From assembly GCA_029717555.1 (NCBI GenBank), contig JAMDHS010000006.1:186001-250000 (forward strand): DNA of 64,000 nucleotides, read 5' to 3'. Of the stretch, positions 59,924 to 64,000 are shown one piece after another. Both the position numbers and the translations under genes were made by a program. The DNA comes from Peribolospora baueri (lineage: Eukaryota). The notes under the pieces were generated by a model, which had not been told where the DNA came from, did no database searches, and saw only the letters and a program-made list of their open reading frames with translations. The first letter of the stretch is position 1. Each line of letters begins with the position of its first letter.

Positions 59924-61735
59924 TCACCACTCCAGCGTCCTCTCCTCCTCTTTCTTCACCCCCGCCGCCGCCGCCGCCGCCGCCGCTCCGTCCTCCCTCA
60001 AGCCTAGCCCGCCAATTTCGTCGACGTCGCCCTTGACCTCTCCCAGCCCCGTCCTGCCCACCACCTTCTCCTCCTTCGCACCGTCCACCCCCGTCCCCAC
60101 CTCCACCTCCTCCAACACCGCCTCCACCTTCGGCTTCCCCTCTCCCTCCTCCCCGCCCGCGCCCTCGCCCTCGCCTCCGTCGTGCATCACCTCGAGCTTG
60201 ACTCTCGTCTTGATCGACTTCGGATCCACCCGCCGGCGGGACGGACAGAGGTTCGCCGCGGCGACGGAGCAAAGGCTGGACGAACAACAGCGGCGCGGAG
60301 GGAGTGGAGCGCAAGCAATCGTTACTTCTCATCCCCTAGTCGCCCCTCCATCTCATCTACTCACTCGCACCGAGGCGCGGCCGGCGTGCAAATGACCTGT
60401 CCGAAGCCGACGAGCATCTTGTTGACCGTGCGGTGCAGCTCCTTCGGCAGCCAGCTCTCCAGGTTGAGTCTGCGACGACGAGCCGAGTCGAATGGAATGT
60501 TCCATCAGTGTGTGAACAAACGAAAGGAAGGGAAGACCGAGTCCGTCGGCGGCGGCCGTCGTGCCATCGCTTCGCCCCACCTGGTAGCCTCCGGCTCCGT
60601 CGTCCCCTTCCTCCCGTGCCAGCCCAACCGGTTCGTGATCCGATGTACGTGCGTGTCCACCCCTATGCCTTCGTTGATGCCCCATGCGCTCTGCAAGGCC
60701 AGAAAGGCCATTTTCGGCCCCACACCCGGCAGGGAGCACAATTCGTCGACCGTCTGAGGCACGTCGGAGGAGAAGCGGTCGCGCAGGAGGATCGAGGCGG
60801 ATTTGATATACCTGGAAGCGAAGAAATGGAGGCATATGGACGTCGTCGACGTCATTGTCGTCAAAGAAAGAAACGAGAAGAAACGAGGGCGTGGACGAAG
60901 CAGCTCGGCCGACACCCACTGCGTCTTCCTCCTCCAAAACCCGACCTTACAGATCGCCTCCTCGATCGTCTTCTCCTCCGCCTCCAACACGTTCTCCAAC
61001 GTCAACCCGCCGGGGAGCGTTCGTTGCAGGTTCCGTACCGCCTCCGTGGTCACAGGGTCTTTCGTTTGCGACGAGAGCATAAGCGAGATAAGGATCTGGT
61101 AGCGCTGATGCTGGACTCGGGAGACCGGGAGGGGGAGAGAGCCGTCGGTTTCAGTTCCCAGCTGTCTGCCTCGACGGCATCCATCAACAGTGCCACTTTG
61201 GCAGCCGACTCACCCTCTCATCCATCCCCTTCTCCCTGCTCTGATCGCACCCCATCGTATCCACGGGCGCAACGATCCGCCTCCTCTGATCCTCTATCAG
61301 CGCGTACACCTTCTCCCAGTTCTTCGGGGCCGGGTAAGGCGTCTCGAGGGACTTCTTGATCGGCTTCGGCTTGGACGGCGAGCGCAGTGGCGCTTTCGAC
61401 GGGGACGTGGAGGCGGCAAGAGAGACCGCGGCGGGCGAGTCATCTCGACTTGCCGTCCTCTTCTTCTTCTTTGGAGGCGCCACCTCCGCTACTTCTTCCA
61501 CAGAAGCGCTGTCAGCTGTACGTTCCGCGCTGTGTCTTCGGCCGGCGCTGACACCGGCGCCTCTTCGAATCGCATACCGAGCCACGCTGTTCGACGCGCC
61601 ACCCTCCACATCGCCCCCGTCCGACGTCGGCGCGGCGGACAATCGAGCAGAGCGTCTCAAGTCCGAGTTCGCGCCCGGTCGCTTGCCCGTCGCCGTCCCT
61701 ACGTCGGACGAGGGCAGCGACGTAGGCTCGAACAT
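59924..61735 (-). CDS. NTH1: Endonuclease III-like DNA glycosylase/AP lyase, multi-exon
   Basis: [17 protein letters not shown], HhH motif [26 protein letters not shown], spliced Fe-S motif [19 protein letters not shown]. Confidence 0.93.
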
Positions 61736-62382
61736 GGCCGACGACGGCGATTTCAGTCGTGATCGGACGGACGAGGTGAGGGGCCGGGCTCGGCTGCGAC
61801 TGCCGCTCGGAGGGAGCAATAGAGCGGGGCGCGCGAGGCGGAGAGGCCGAACGGGCGGGATAACGATGATGGCGGCGGGGTGAAGGGTGGGGAAGAGAGG
61901 TGAGCCGAGGCGATGCCTATCGACCGAGAATGACGATGTGGGAGGTGGAAAAGACGGCGCGGTGGCGTACGAAGGCGGATATGACTGGGCGGACGGGACA
62001 GACGGCAGTTAATTTACGCGGTCGCGTCGTCCCTTTCACGCGTCAACGGTTATACGCAATCACGAGCCCGTCAGCTCTTCATGGTGGTTCTCTTTGTGAT
62101 ACTTCGGGAGGAGAGCCATATAAGGTGAGTAGGTGTATTTCTTCTGAGAGGACGGACGCTCGGCGTGAATCCATCATCATCTGTCTCTTCACCGTCCTCG
62201 AAGGAGCCGGCGAAGATTCGCTCTTGCTGCGGCGCCGATCATGATTATTGCACGCCCAAGTCGATCCCACGTTCGTCGTCGTCGAACCTGGTCCTGTTGA
62301 CTAGGTGTGAGGAGGAGCTCTCCCTTCGGCCCGCGATCGTCTTGTTTCCCTCGGCAGCTAATCAGGCAGGCGGACAGGCACC

Positions 62383-64000
62383 ATGGCGTGCGCCGGTCGA
62401 GGCAGTTCGGATGCGACGGCTCTGCTCGACGAGGCATGCCGCGGTGAGTTAGTTAGTGGGCGCCTTGCCGTTCACGAAGACGGAGTCAGACAGACGCTCG
62501 ACGTTTGCACGCGGACGGATAGGTGAATAAAAGGTAGATATGCCGGCGCTCAATCTTTGTCTTTCTTGTCCTCGCGGGTTGCTGTGTTTCATTCCGCCCC
62601 TCAAGAGCTCAAGCTGGGCCAGATGGTTCATCCAGAAGGGTTTACTCTTTTGGATGCCATGGCCGCCATTGAGGTGAGTGCTTCGTGCGTCGCCGTTTTT
62701 GTCTGCCTCTTCATGACACTATGTCATGGCGCGGAGCTTGGTCTGCGGATGTGTAGGAGCGATTATATTCGTAGAATGCTTTCTCATTGGACCGACCTTG
62801 CCACCACAACCCTACCAGGTCATGGACCCTCGCATGGATACGGGTGTAGAGCCGGTGCTCGCGCCCGGACAGCCCGCGCCTCCCACGGAAGCGTTTGACC
62901 CTCTCAAGCCTCTCCTTCCCGAGGAAGTGCTCTGGGTCATCGAGCGTTCCTTAGCTTGTGAGGTGAGCGCTCTACGTCCACATCTCCGTTTAGCGCCTTT
63001 CCAGGTCCGATCATGGATTTCACCGAGCCCTCTCCTCCCCTCGCTTATGCTCGTAGACGGAATGGCACGCGGGCGCCGCGCTGTCCCAAACGGTGTACAC
63101 ATGTCTCTACGTTCACGACTTTCACTCTCTCGTGCCTGAAGTCTTCGACCACCGAAGGCGCCGACAACGGCAAGGAGAAGGGTCTCCCTCGCACAATGAC
63201 TCTGCAGACAAGGAGACGCAGGACGTCGGTCGGCCTTCGGAGCTCGTGACTTTGGTACTACACTCGTATTTGCTCGCCATGATCAAGAGCTGTGACCTGG
63301 CATGGTGCGAGATGGTCAAGGGAAACATCTACGATGTGAGCTCGCCCCCTCTTAGCCTCAAAGTTGTCCCCTTGCGCCCTTCCATTCCACGCTGACGGGA
63401 GCGCTTGCATGGGCAGGGAGAGGACTTTTCAGGAGATAAGGCCGGTCTGTCGCTCCAGGAGCGTATGCTCGTTGAAGAGGTCGTAGGCGATTTGGAGGAG
63501 GCCCTGGAGTGGCTCGCGTTGTATCCCGGTGAGACTCGATCTGAGCGCCGCGCAGCTCATCCAGGTCGGCTTATCCAACTTATCCATAGTGATGATTTCC
63601 CCGAGGCGACTCTTGTTTGTTTATCTTGGCAGATATCGACGACACCTTGCGACAAAGCCTCACGCTGCACCTCGAGTTTCGCAGAGTAAGTATCTTTGTT
63701 CCTCAGTGCATGGCCACCGAGATCACGACTTCCACCTTCCATGCTCATTCAAAGCCCTTCCCCGCCTGATAAACAGTCCGTCTTGCTCATTTTCTCCGTG
63801 TTCGGCGAAGAAACGCTCACGCACTTCTCCCTCGTCCCTGCCCATCTCGACCGAGCCACTCGCTGCCTCTCCGTCCTTTCCGACCTTTCCATGGCGGGAC
63901 GTCCTCAGTCGAAGGAGGTACCAGGCGTGTTCGATCCCTTCGTATCGAGGAGGCTCGCCTCGCATGTCCCTCTCCAGCCGATCCACTTGCATGGCATGGA
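62383..64000 (+). CDS. MAK10: NatC N-terminal acetyltransferase auxiliary subunit Mak10/NAA35 (5' part, runs off the window end)
   Basis: ELKLGQMVHPEGFTLLDAMAAIEVMDPRMDTG, FDPLKPLLPEEVLWVIER..EWHAGAALSQTVYTCLYV. The start codon is uncertain. Confidence 0.88.

Overview
Gene-dense, intron-rich fungal nuclear DNA, most likely from a basidiomycete (GC-rich, GTGAGT/GTGAGC donors, CTGAC/CTAAC-type branch sites, YAG acceptors). I assembled about 22 protein-coding genes by eye, in order: NPC2/ML lipid-transfer protein, RAD7, VPS72, arrestin-like protein, TIM10, secreted aspartic protease, HAP5/NF-YC-like protein, DPM1, MTG2/Obg GTPase, RRP46, class-1A DHODH-like flavoenzyme (probably dihydrouracil oxidase), SEC59, ZIP zinc transporter, ERF4-family protein, MRPL35/mL38, SPB4, Cys-rich type I membrane protein, Sds3/Dep1-like protein, NOP12, Rpn4-like C2H2 factor, NTH1 and a partial MAK10. 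I saw no tRNA, rRNA, transposon or CRISPR. The most interesting signals are the DHODH-like/dihydrouracil oxidase gene, three ACCnnTGCGGT (ZRE-like) sites upstream of the zinc transporter, seven PacC/Rim101 sites upstream of the protease, and an intronless Rpn4-like factor. Gene calls rest on recognising family motifs, not on database searches. Exon boundaries are manual predictions.
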